In this document: positions 8,107 through 16,992 of the stretch, in pieces
Numbering within the stretch: the first letter of the stretch is position 1
Layout of the letters: each line of letters opens with the position of its first letter
NCBI GenBank assembly: GCA_963798845.1
Contig: CAWCUS010000002.1
Coordinates: forward strand, 1-64,000
From: an uncultured Gemmatimonadales bacterium
GTDB taxonomy: Bacteria > Gemmatimonadota > Gemmatimonadetes > Longimicrobiales > RSA9
Length of the DNA: 64,000 bases
Reading direction: 5' to 3'
Program-made: the position numbers and the translations under genes
The notes under the pieces: model-generated
The model's database searches: none
Told to the model about the DNA's origin: nothing
The model's input: the letters and a program-made list of their open reading frames with translations, nothing else

Positions 8107-8197
8107 GCCTAACGAGGGCGGTGAAGCTGACGCGGGTCAACGGGTAGGCGTTTCCTCGGCGGCTGGGGCCACGCAGCTTACCGCCAGGGCGTTAGAA
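8107..8197 (+). other. attC7 (91 bp)
   Basis: GCCTAAC..GGT(G)AAGCTG..CAGCTTACC..GTTAGAA. Confidence 0.88.
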
Positions 8198-8308
8198 AGC
8201 GCGAGAAGTGCCCTCTTCGGTCTCCTCCGCGATGACAGTGGATCCTTCGGTGAGGCCGAAGCGACGGCGCAAGGTAGCAGGAATCACGAAGGTACCGCGC
8301 TTCCCCAC
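8192..8308 (-). pseudogene. Truncated AbrB/MazE/SpoVT-type antitoxin fragment
   Basis: Manual translation VGKRGTFVIPATLRRRFGLTEGSTVIAEETEEGTSRAF*; below the ORF-track cutoff; stop codon lies in the attC7 R' core. Confidence 0.65.
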
Positions 8309-8454
8309 TGCGCGCTGCCCATTGATGGTAAATGCAATTACACGCGTGCCAACGGCAGCGAGCCGCCGGGGATCGACTGGTTTGACGCCACCCGGCTGCT
8401 TCGCCCATCATTCGACCAGAGACGACTGCCCCGTCCCGCGCACCCGAAGCCCCC

Positions 8455-10972
8455 ATGCGCCCAGAAGACCTCCGCCCCCGCCAGGCCCTCTCCGCCTGGT
8501 CGGATGAGCAGCTCGACGCGGCGATCGCCCGCGAGTTCACCCTCATCGGCCAGCGCCTGACCCGCGTCAATGCCGCCGCCAAGGCCACCGGCCGCGCGGC
8601 GTACACCGACGACCTCGCCCTGCCGGGGATGCTGCACGGGAAGATCCTGCGCTCGCCCCACGCGCACGCGCGGATCCTCTCCATCGACACGGGCGACGCG
8701 GAAGCGATGGAGGGGGTGTACGCGGTGATCACGGGGAAGGACCTGCCCACGGAGTACTGCATCATCCCCTGGACGCGCGACGAGACGGCCCTCGCCGTGG
8801 ACCGGGTGCGCTTCATCGGGGACGCGGTGGCGGCGGTCGCCGCGGTCGATGAGGACACCGCGATCAAGGCTTGCGACGCCATCCGCGTGCTGTACGAGCC
8901 GCTCCCGGCCTTCTTCGACCCCCGGGACGCGCTGGACCCGCCGGCGGACTCGACGCCCATCCACGAGCCGAAGAAGGAGGGGCACAACGGCAACATCACG
9001 AAGATCGTGAAGCTGTCGTTCGGGGACGTGGACGCGGAGCTGGCGGGGAGCGACGTCGTCGTCGAGGGGGACTACTACTTCGAGGGGACCACGCACGCGC
9101 CCATCGAGCCGCACTGCGCCATCGGGTACGCGGACCCCGGGGGGAAGCTGACGGTGTGGTCGTCCACGCAGGTGCCGCACTACCTGCACCGGGAGCTGGC
9201 GCGGGTGCTGGACCTGGACGTGGCGAGGGTGCGCGTGGTGCAGCCGGCGGTGGGCGGCGCGTTCGGCGGGAAGAGCGAGCCGTTCGACCTGGAGTTCTGC
9301 GTCGCCGAGCTGGCGCGGCGGACGGGGCGGCCGGTGAAGATCCTGTACACGCGGGAGGAGGTCTTCTACTCCCACCGCGGGCGCCACCCCATGCGCATGA
9401 AGTGCAGGCTGGGCGCGGACGTTGACGGCCATATCAAGGCCGTGGACCACGACATCGTGCTGGACGGCGGGGCGTACGCGTCGTTCGGGCTGGTGACCAC
9501 GTACTACTCCGGCCAGCTGCTGCCGGCGCCGTACGAGTTCGGCTCCTACCGCTTCCACAGTGTGCGTGCGTACACGAACAAGCCGCCGTGCGGGCCCAAG
9601 CGGGGGCACGGCAGCGTGCAGCCGCGCTTCGCGTTCGAAGTCCAGCTCGACCGCCTCGCCCGCGCGCTGGAGCTGGACCCCATTCGAGCTCCGGCGCCGC
9701 AACTTCATGGGCACGGGGCGCACCATCAACGAGCTGCGCGTGCAGTCCAACGGCTTCCTCCAGTGCCTGGACGCGGTGGAAGCCGCGAGCGGGTGGAAGG
9801 AGCGGTGGGGGAAGCTGCCGCGCGGGCGCGGGCTCGGCGTCGCCGGCTCGTGCTACATCAGCGGCACCAACTACCCGATCTACCCGAACGACATGCCCCA
9901 GTCCGCCATCCAGATGGCCGTGGAGCGGAGCGGGCGGGTGACGGTGTGGACGGGGGCGAGCGAGATCGGGCAGGGGAGCGACAGCGTGGTCGCGCTCATC
10001 GCCGCCGAGGAGCTGGGCGTGCCGCTGGACTACGTGCGCGTGGTGGCCAGCGACACGGACCAGGTGCCCGTGGACCTGGGCGCCTACTCGTCGCGCGAGA
10101 CGTTCATGGTGGGCAACGCCGCCGTCCACGCCGCGAAGCAGATCCGGGAGCGGGTATGCGGCGCCGTGGCGGGCGCGTGGGACGTCGCCCCCGACCGCGT
10201 GGGCCTGGCCGGCGGCTGGGCGTTCGACGTCCGGGACACCGCCCGCCGCATGCCCATCTCCGAAGCGTTCAACCTGGCCGAGGCGAAGCACGGCACGCTG
10301 GGCGCCGTGGGGCACTACGACACGCCCAAGGACGTGCACGGCGACTACCGCGGCGGCACCATCGGCGCGTCACCCGCCTACTCCTTCACCGCCCACGTCG
10401 CCGAAGTGGAAGTGGACGAGGAGACGGGCGTCGTCACGGTGAAGAGCATCTGGGCCGCCCACGACTGCGGCCGCGCGCTCAACCCCGTGCTGGTGGAGGG
10501 GCAGATCGAGGGGAGCGTGTACATGGGCTACGCCGAAGCGCTCATGGAGGAGCAGGTCTTCAAGTCGGGCGACGAGGGGAAGGCCGGCCTCCACAACTGC
10601 CCGTCGCTGCTCGACTACCGCATGCCCACGTCCATGGACACCCCGGACATCCAGGCGCTCATCGTCGAGTCCGTCGACCCCGAGGGGCCGTACGGCGCCA
10701 AGGAAGCGGGCGAGGGGCCGCTGCACCCGTCGATTCCGGCCATCGCCAACGCCATCTACGACGCGGTGGGCGTGCGGCTCGACTCCCTGCCGTTCTCACC
10801 GCCCCGGGTGTGGCGGGCCATCCGGGCGGCGAAGGGGGAGGCGTTCGAGGATGGCGGCGGTCCGAGCGCCACGTCGCAGCCGCGGAACGAGCGGGAAGGG
10901 GAGTCGCCCACCAGCGCGCGGCCGCGGGCGTATGCTACCACCCCAGGCGGTGGCCGACCGGGCAAGGGGTGA
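8455..10972 (+). CDS. Xanthine dehydrogenase-family molybdopterin subunit (HcrA-like), +1 frameshift at ~9683
   Basis: LHGKILRSPHAHARI, HAPIEPH, VGGAFGGK, GPKRGHG, EIGQGS, DLGAYSSR, EGQIEG, GAKEAGE across ORFs 8455 and 9560. Confidence 0.88.
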
Positions 10973-11041
10973 CGTTTTCGCTGGGCCGCAGCGGGTATGC
11001 AAACTCCGGTTACCATCACACCACAGCGAGGACGAGCTCCG

Positions 11042-11503
11042 ATGACCAAGGTGACACCGTTCCTGATGTTCAACGACCAGCTCGAAGCGGCCATGGAGTT
11101 CTACACCGCCACGTTCCCGGACTCCGAGATCAGGAATGTCGCCCGCACCGGCAAGGACGGCCCCATCACCTCCGCCGAGTTCGTCGTCGGCGGTCAGTTC
11201 TTCATGGGTTACAACGGGGGCCCGTACTTCGCCTTCTCCGAAGGCCTCTCGCTCTACGTGGACTGCGAGGACCAGAACGAGGTCGACGAGTACTGGGACA
11301 AGCTCGTCGGGGCCGGCGCGCAGCCTACGGCGTGCGGTTGGATCAAGGACCCGTTCGGCCTCTCCTGGCAGATCGTCCCGAGGCGGTTCATGGAGCTCAT
11401 CCGCGACGAGGACCCCGGGAAGGTCAGGGCCGTGATGGAAGCCATGATGACGATGGTGAAGCTCGACGTGGCGGCGTTGGAGCGAGCGTACAATGAAGCG
11501 TAG
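11042..11503 (+). CDS. VOC/PhnB-like (3-dmu-9 3-methyltransferase family) protein
   Basis: KVTPFLMF..NGGPYFAFSEGLSLYVDCEDQNEVDEYW..CGWIKDPFGLSWQIVP. Confidence 0.88.
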   Translation: MTKVTPFLMFNDQLEAAMEFYTATFPDSEIRNVARTGKDGPITSAEFVVGGQFFMGYNGGPYFAFSEGLSLYVDCEDQNEVDEYWDKLVGAGAQPTACGWIKDPFGLSWQIVPRRFMELIRDEDPGKVRAVMEAMMTMVKLDVAALERAYNEA

Positions 11504-11578
11504 CAGTCCGACGCCCACGCCCTTCGTTCGATCCGGAGCCAACCTGCGGCGCTACTGATCCCCCGACCTGGAACCTCC

Positions 11579-12055
11579 ATGGCAAGAAGCCCGGTTCGCC
11601 GAATCGGAGAAGCGGTGGGCCTCCTCGGCGTCGTCGCTTCGCTCGTCTTCGTCGGTCTCGAGCTCCGTCAGAGCCGGATCGCGGCCCGCGCCGCCGCATA
11701 CCAGGAGCTCGGGATCGCGGTGGCGGACAACTGGATGGACAGGGCGGACAACCGCGAGCTCAACGACCTGGTCTTCCTCGCGATGTACGCGGATTCCGCC
11801 ACGTGGGCGGGCATCAGCGACTCGGACGCCTATCTGCTCCGGTCCTACGTCGTCGCGAACGTCCGGCTGTACGAGACTGTCTACCTCCAGGTCCAGCAGC
11901 ACCTTCTCGACGCGGAAGCGCTGGAGAACCTCGGGTGGACCCACCTGATGGACAGCAAGCTTCTCGAGCGAACGTGGTCGCAGGTCAAGCCGGCCGTCAC
12001 GCCCGGGTTCGCCAGGTACCTGGAGGACGAGCAGCCGCTCCTCCGAGGCCGCTAG
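11579..12055 (+). CDS. Hypothetical protein with N-terminal TM helix
   Basis: VGLLGVVASLVFVGLELRQS motif; host-like codon bias. Confidence 0.7.
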   Translation: MARSPVRRIGEAVGLLGVVASLVFVGLELRQSRIAARAAAYQELGIAVADNWMDRADNRELNDLVFLAMYADSATWAGISDSDAYLLRSYVVANVRLYETVYLQVQQHLLDAEALENLGWTHLMDSKLLERTWSQVKPAVTPGFARYLEDEQPLLRGR

Positions 12056-12092
12056 CTTTCGCCAGGAGGTCGAGGGATTGCTCCTGGAGCTG

Positions 12093-12608
12093 CTACGCAG
12101 TGGCGCCGCGTGACCCGCGATCCTTCATCGCCATCACGTGCTCCCCGAGCTGATCGACGGCGATCTCGGTGCCCTCGTAGAAGCCGCTCGCCCTGTTCTT
12201 CTCGAGGTCCGCTTCGTCCCGGTGCAGCGCCGTGAAGACGTAGCGGGTGCCGGTTCCCACGGTCTCCATGGTCATGATGGCGGTGATCGGAATGTCGTCG
12301 AAGACGGCCGGGCGATAGCCGGGGAACAGCATGGAGGTCCAGACGAGCCGCTCCATGGGAACGGCTTCCAGGACGCAGCCGAGGTTGGGAACCTCGGGAC
12401 CGCCGGGCAGCGCGATGTCGATGCGGACGATGCCGCCCGGACGCGCGTCCATCTCGGCCCGCGCCACGCGCCCCCAGGCCCTCGGCATGTACCACTCCCG
12501 GATATGCTCCGGCTGCGTCAACGCTTCCCAGACCAGCCGCGTGGGCGCGTCGATGAACCGCTCGATGGCGAAATCCAGTTTCGGGTCGATCGTGACTCGC
12601 TCGCTCAT
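12093..12608 (-). CDS. SRPBCC/AHSA1-domain protein
   Basis: LDFAIERFIDAP..VWEALTQPE..MDARPGG..LEAVPMERLVWT. Confidence 0.88.
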   Translation of the reverse strand: MSERVTIDPKLDFAIERFIDAPTRLVWEALTQPEHIREWYMPRAWGRVARAEMDARPGGIVRIDIALPGGPEVPNLGCVLEAVPMERLVWTSMLFPGYRPAVFDDIPITAIMTMETVGTGTRYVFTALHRDEADLEKNRASGFYEGTEIAVDQLGEHVMAMKDRGSRGATA

Positions 12609-12958
12609 GACTCGGACTCCTTCTCCTTGAGTTGCCGGATGTACTGGTCGAACCGGTCCAGTCGAGACTCCCACTCCCGACGGCGCGCGCTCAGCCAGTC
12701 CTCAACGACCATGAACCCTTCCGGTGCGATCTCGTACGTCCGCACGCGCCCCCGCTTCTCCGACCGCACCAGCCGGCTCTCTTCCAGTACCGAGAGGTGC
12801 TGCACGAACGACGGGAGCCGCATGTCGAACGGCGACGCCAGCTCGCTCACCGTGGCCCGTCCCACGGACAGCCGCTCCAGCACTTCCCGCCGCGTTCGGT
12901 TCGACAGGGCGTGAAACACGTTGTCAGCGGCTGCGGAGTGAGCCATTCGCGACACCAT
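12605..12958 (-). CDS. ArsR/SmtB-family regulator
   Basis: VFHALSNRTRREVLERL..ATVSELASPFDMRLPSFVQHLSVLE..KRGRVR. Confidence 0.9.
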   Translation of the reverse strand: MVSRMAHSAAADNVFHALSNRTRREVLERLSVGRATVSELASPFDMRLPSFVQHLSVLEESRLVRSEKRGRVRTYEIAPEGFMVVEDWLSARRREWESRLDRFDQYIRQLKEKESES

Positions 12959-13009
12959 CCCGATGCTCGGATCCCATGATCGGCCACGACCATTCTACAC
13001 CCGCGTGAT

Positions 13010-13029
13010 ACTTAGGTCAATACCTAAGT
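13010..13029. promoter_or_regulatory. Perfect inverted repeat, putative ArsR operator
   Basis: ACTTAGGT-CAAT-ACCTAAGT about 50 bp upstream of the ArsR start. Confidence 0.65.
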
Positions 13030-13250
13030 GTTGGGCGTAGATGAAACCGGAGTCCTCGTGCCTCGAAGGGAACGTTGCGCGGGCGCGGCGCCCGGATAGA
13101 TTCTGCGCACGACCCCTGCGCCACTGACCTCGGGCGGGGCCATCGGGCGCCGCCAGGAAGCCGAGGCCGAGCGCTCTCGCCGTTCATGACGCCTCAGCTG
13201 CTGTTCGTTCAAGGCGGTGGCGCGGGCGTTCCCCGAACTCTGGAGAGCCA

Positions 13251-13751
13251 ATGTTCCGGAAGATCGATGACTTCCTCGCCGTGTGGGACGACGAGCGAGA
13301 GGCCACGCTGAAGGTGCTGGGCAGCCTCACGGACGACTGCCTGGCGCGGAAGCTCCACCCGGACGTGCGGGCCCCGGGGCGCCTGGCCTGGCACATCACG
13401 CAGACGATACCGGAGATGGGCGGCCGGACCGGGCTCGAGCTGGAAGGTCCAGGGGAGGATGAGGCGGTCCCGTCTTCCGCGGCCGTGCTGGCGGCGCGCT
13501 ACCGGGAGGCGGCGGATTCCCTCGCGGGAGCGGTGCGCGACCGATGGACGGACGCGGATCTCCTCGTCGAAGACGACATGTACGGCGAGGCCTGGCCGCG
13601 GGGGCGCTCCCTCTGGGCCGTGGTGGGCCACCAGATCCATCATCGTGGGCAGCTGATGACGCTGATGAGGATGGCGGGACTGCCGGTGCAGGGGGTGTAC
13701 GGTCCGTCCCGCGAGGAGTGGGTAGTTTTCGGGATGCCATCGCCGGAATAG
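13251..13751 (+). CDS. DinB-family protein
   Basis: GRLAWHI..HQIHHRGQLMTLMRMAGLPVQGVYGPSREEW. Confidence 0.9.
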   Translation: MFRKIDDFLAVWDDEREATLKVLGSLTDDCLARKLHPDVRAPGRLAWHITQTIPEMGGRTGLELEGPGEDEAVPSSAAVLAARYREAADSLAGAVRDRWTDADLLVEDDMYGEAWPRGRSLWAVVGHQIHHRGQLMTLMRMAGLPVQGVYGPSREEWVVFGMPSPE

Positions 13752-13763
13752 GCCAGGAAGCCG

Positions 13764-14324
13764 ATGAACGTCGAAGAAGCGATCCGCGCGCGCGTGTCCG
13801 TGAAGGAGTATGCGGACGACGCCGTCGCCCGGGAGGAGATCCAGACGCTGCTCGAGCTGGCGGTGCTGGCGCCGAACCACCGGATGACGGAGCCGCTTTC
13901 GTTCCGGGTCATGGGCGAGGGCGCAAAGCTCGCCTATGCCCGTGCGCTGGCCGGCCGCAAGGCGGCGAAGGTGGAGGACGCGGATGCGGCGGAGGCGGTG
14001 CGGCAGAAGGTGATCCATCGCACCACGGGAGTGCCGTGGATGATCGGGGTCGTGGTCCGGCAGGACGAGAACCCGGAGATCCGGGAAGAGGACCACGCCA
14101 CGGCGTTCATGGCGATCGAGAACATGTGTCTCGCGGCGGTGGACATGGGACTGGGAACGCACATCAAGACCGGCGCGGTGATGGGGGAGCCCGCTCTGCG
14201 GGAAGCGCTCGGGGTGGCGGAAGACGAGCGACTGGTGGCAGTGGTCTTCCTGGGTGTGCCGGCGGAGGTGCCGGATCGGAAGCCGCGCACGCCTGCGGTG
14301 CAGGTCACACGCTGGCTGGAATAG
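13764..14324 (+). CDS. Nitroreductase-family protein
   Basis: AIRARVSVKEY..LAPNHRMTEP..AIENMCLAA..GLGTHIKTG. Confidence 0.88.
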   Translation: MNVEEAIRARVSVKEYADDAVAREEIQTLLELAVLAPNHRMTEPLSFRVMGEGAKLAYARALAGRKAAKVEDADAAEAVRQKVIHRTTGVPWMIGVVVRQDENPEIREEDHATAFMAIENMCLAAVDMGLGTHIKTGAVMGEPALREALGVAEDERLVAVVFLGVPAEVPDRKPRTPAVQVTRWLE

Positions 14325-14442
14325 CGCTCTGGCCTCCGTCCGTTTCCGCGATCGGGCGCTTTACCGCGCCCCGGCGCGACCGTACCTTGGGCGTGTCCAC
14401 GCAGACCCCCGATCCCACCCCGTCCAGATGGCGCTTCCATCC

Positions 14443-15006
14443 ATGCGACGGCTGACCGTCTTCCTGCTCTCTGCCGGCGTCGCCATCGGCGCCTGCGGCG
14501 GCGACCGCCCCGAAAGCGCGGGAGCAGAGGGGCGGCCGGCGGCAGGGCGTCAGCCGGAGTCCGCCCCCGCCGACACCGCGAGCCCTGACAGTGGTGCGCA
14601 GGCCGAGAGCGCGGCGCCCGGCGTCCCCGGAGGGGAATCGACCGGTGCGGCGGCTGGCGAGGCGTCGTCGGGCCCAGCTGGCCGGGCGGGCGAGGCTGAA
14701 CCCGCGGGCGATGCGCTGTACACGGTGCAGGTGGCGGCGTTCACCGACGCGAAGACGGCGACGAGCTGGACTGAACGCCTCCAGCGCCAGGACTTTCCGG
14801 CGTGGACGTCCATGGTGGAGCTGGGCGGGACGACGTACTACCGCCTGCGTGTCGGGGCGACGCCGAGCGTGCCGGAAGCCATGCGGCTGGGGCAGCTCCT
14901 GATGCGGAAATACGACTGGCCGGTGTGGGTGGCCCCCGTCGCCGGGGGCGAACGGGTCCCGGACGGCACGGTGTCCGAGACGCGCCGCGTGCTGGGCGAC
15001 GGCTGA
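14443..15006 (+). CDS. SPOR-domain lipoprotein
   Basis: Lipobox-like IGAC, Ala/Pro/Gly linker, YTVQVAAF..YYRLRVG. Confidence 0.8.
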   Translation: MRRLTVFLLSAGVAIGACGGDRPESAGAEGRPAAGRQPESAPADTASPDSGAQAESAAPGVPGGESTGAAAGEASSGPAGRAGEAEPAGDALYTVQVAAFTDAKTATSWTERLQRQDFPAWTSMVELGGTTYYRLRVGATPSVPEAMRLGQLLMRKYDWPVWVAPVAGGERVPDGTVSETRRVLGDG

Positions 15007-15018
15007 GGCAGGGGCGCC

Positions 15019-16020
15019 GTGCTGCGTCTCCCCCCGTTCGAGTACCATCGTCCCGGGACCGTCGAGGAGGCGTTGCGTCTTCTTGCGTCGCTCGGCGGCG
15101 CGGCCATGCCGGTTGCGGGCGGCACGGACGTGATCCCGAACATGAAGCACCGGCTGCACGAGCCGGCGCACCTGGTCTCGCTTCGGGGGATCGAAGCGCT
15201 GAAGGGGATCCGCCACGGCGACGCCGGGCTCGTCATCGGGGCCGGGGAAACGCTGGCCGACATCGCCGCCCACCCGCTGGTGGCGGCGCACGCGCCGGCG
15301 CTGGCCGCCGCGGCGGGGCAGGTGGCCGGTCCCCAGCTCCGCAACGCCGGCACCGTGGGCGGGAACCTCTGCCTGGACACCCGCTGCACGTACTACAACC
15401 AGACGCCGTTCTGGCGGGAGGCGCTCGGGTTCTGCCTCAAGAAGGATGGCGACACCTGTCACGTCACGAAGGCGGGACGGAAGTGCGTGGCCGCCCACTC
15501 GGCGGACACCCCACCGGTGCTGTGGGCGCTCGGCGCGTCCGTGGTGCTGACGTCGGTGGACGGCAGCCGGACGGTGCCCGTGGAGGATTTCTTCGTCGCG
15601 GACGGGATCCGCAACACCGTCCGCGAGGCTGGCGAGATCCTCACCGAGGTACGCGTCCCGGCGCAGCCGGCCGGCACCCGCATGGCGTTTCGGAAGCTGC
15701 GTCAGCGCGCGGCCATCGACTTCCCGCTGCTGAACACGGCGGTGGTGGCGAGGCTGGACGGCGACGGCACGCTGCGAGCGCTCCGCATCGTGGTGTCCGC
15801 CCTGGGCTCGCGCCCGCGGGAGCTTTCCGGGCTGGACGCGTTCCTTGGCGAGCCGCTGGACGACCAGGCCGTGGACGGGATCGCCGGGCTGGGGCAACAG
15901 CAGTGCCGCCCGCTGACCAACCTCATCGTCGATCCCGAGTGGCGCCGCGCGATGGTCCCCGTCGAGGTCCGGCGCGCACTCCGCGCGATCAGCGGAAGCG
16001 CCACCTCCGGCTCCCGCTGA
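15019..16020 (+). CDS. FAD-binding subunit of molybdo-hydroxylase with [4Fe-4S] insertion (HcrB-like)
   Basis: VAGGTDVIPNMK, QLRNAGTVGGNLCLDTRCTYYNQ..FCLKKDGDTCHV..KCVAAHSAD, KLRQRAAIDFP. Confidence 0.88.
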   Translation: MLRLPPFEYHRPGTVEEALRLLASLGGAAMPVAGGTDVIPNMKHRLHEPAHLVSLRGIEALKGIRHGDAGLVIGAGETLADIAAHPLVAAHAPALAAAAGQVAGPQLRNAGTVGGNLCLDTRCTYYNQTPFWREALGFCLKKDGDTCHVTKAGRKCVAAHSADTPPVLWALGASVVLTSVDGSRTVPVEDFFVADGIRNTVREAGEILTEVRVPAQPAGTRMAFRKLRQRAAIDFPLLNTAVVARLDGDGTLRALRIVVSALGSRPRELSGLDAFLGEPLDDQAVDGIAGLGQQQCRPLTNLIVDPEWRRAMVPVEVRRALRAISGSATSGSR

Positions 16021-16927
16021 GCGCCCCGGTCCGCTTCGGGCGGCCGCCGCCAGCGATCACCTGCGCGTAGTTCAGCGCAGAAACCAGCGCCACGCCCCCC
16101 ACCACGTTCCCCGCCAGCGTCGGCGGCGCGTATCGGAGCGCATAGTCCGCCCAGGTGAGGCCGTCCGCTCCCACCGCGTAGATCACCTCCACCGAGCCCG
16201 CCACGATGTGCGGGAAGCCGCCCACTCCGATCAGGTACGTCATCATGACGATGATGGGGACCTGGCCGCCCTGCGCCGCCGGGAGCATCCAGACCATCAG
16301 GGCGATCAGCCATCCCGCGAAGACCCCCTGGAGGAGGAGCTGCAGCCACGAGCCCGAGGCCGCCTCCGTGCCGATCTGGAGCAGCGCCGCCTGCACGGGG
16401 CCGTCCAGAACGGGCGTGTGCGACGTCCCCAGCGCGAAAATCGCGGCGCCCAGCAGGTTGGCGCCCAGCACCACCGCCCACAGCCTCGCCACGTTCAGCA
16501 GCGCCGAGCCGCTGCGCCGGGAAAGCAGCGGGATGATGGCCGTGAGCGTGTTCTCGGTGAACAGCTGCTGGCTCCCCAGCGTGATCATCAGGAAGCCGAC
16601 GCTGTACCCGAGCTTGCTCACCAGCGTCGACCACGGCGCGTCCGGCAGGTGCGTCCGGAGCAGTCCCTCCGCCACCAGCGAGAACCCCATGGACAGCCCC
16701 GCCGCGAGTCCCGAGAAGAAGAGCGCGGCCGACGGCCGCGAAAGCTCCTCCTCACCACGCCGACGGATCACCTCGTACGTGATGTCCGCGTTCAGCGGCG
16801 CTTCCCGCTCCGCCTTCTCGATCTCCTGCTCAGTCAGCTCGGGCGAGCTGCCCCGCTCCTCGCCCTCGGGGGCGCGATCCTCCGTGCCGTCCGCCGACAG
16901 ATCAGGTTCCTCTGGTGTGCGCGTCAT
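15989..16927 (-). CDS. Formate/nitrite transporter family protein
   Basis: GEEELSRP..GLAAGLSMGFS..QQLFTENTLT..FPHIVAGS..LAGNVVGG. Confidence 0.88.
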   Translation of the reverse strand: MTRTPEEPDLSADGTEDRAPEGEERGSSPELTEQEIEKAEREAPLNADITYEVIRRRGEEELSRPSAALFFSGLAAGLSMGFSLVAEGLLRTHLPDAPWSTLVSKLGYSVGFLMITLGSQQLFTENTLTAIIPLLSRRSGSALLNVARLWAVVLGANLLGAAIFALGTSHTPVLDGPVQAALLQIGTEAASGSWLQLLLQGVFAGWLIALMVWMLPAAQGGQVPIIVMMTYLIGVGGFPHIVAGSVEVIYAVGADGLTWADYALRYAPPTLAGNVVGGVALVSALNYAQVIAGGGRPKRTGALSGSRRWRFR

Positions 16928-16992
16928 GGAGGCGCACGCCCGTTCAAGTTTCACGCCCGGGCCAGAGTCGACAGGCCTTCCGGGCGCCAGCG

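Larger units (their letters stand above)
1238..8197 (+). mobile_element. Complete integron: intI + putative attI + 7 gene cassettes, integrase co-oriented with the array
   Basis: IntI motifs; seven attC sites; the bases after each GTT crossover are (near-)complementary to those ending at the R'' AAC of that cassette's own attC. Confidence 0.92.

Noticed and set aside
8455..11496. 1013-aa ORF as one protein
   Set aside because: After ~9683 it is Arg/Gly-rich off-frame sequence; the real C-terminus is in ORF 9560-10972
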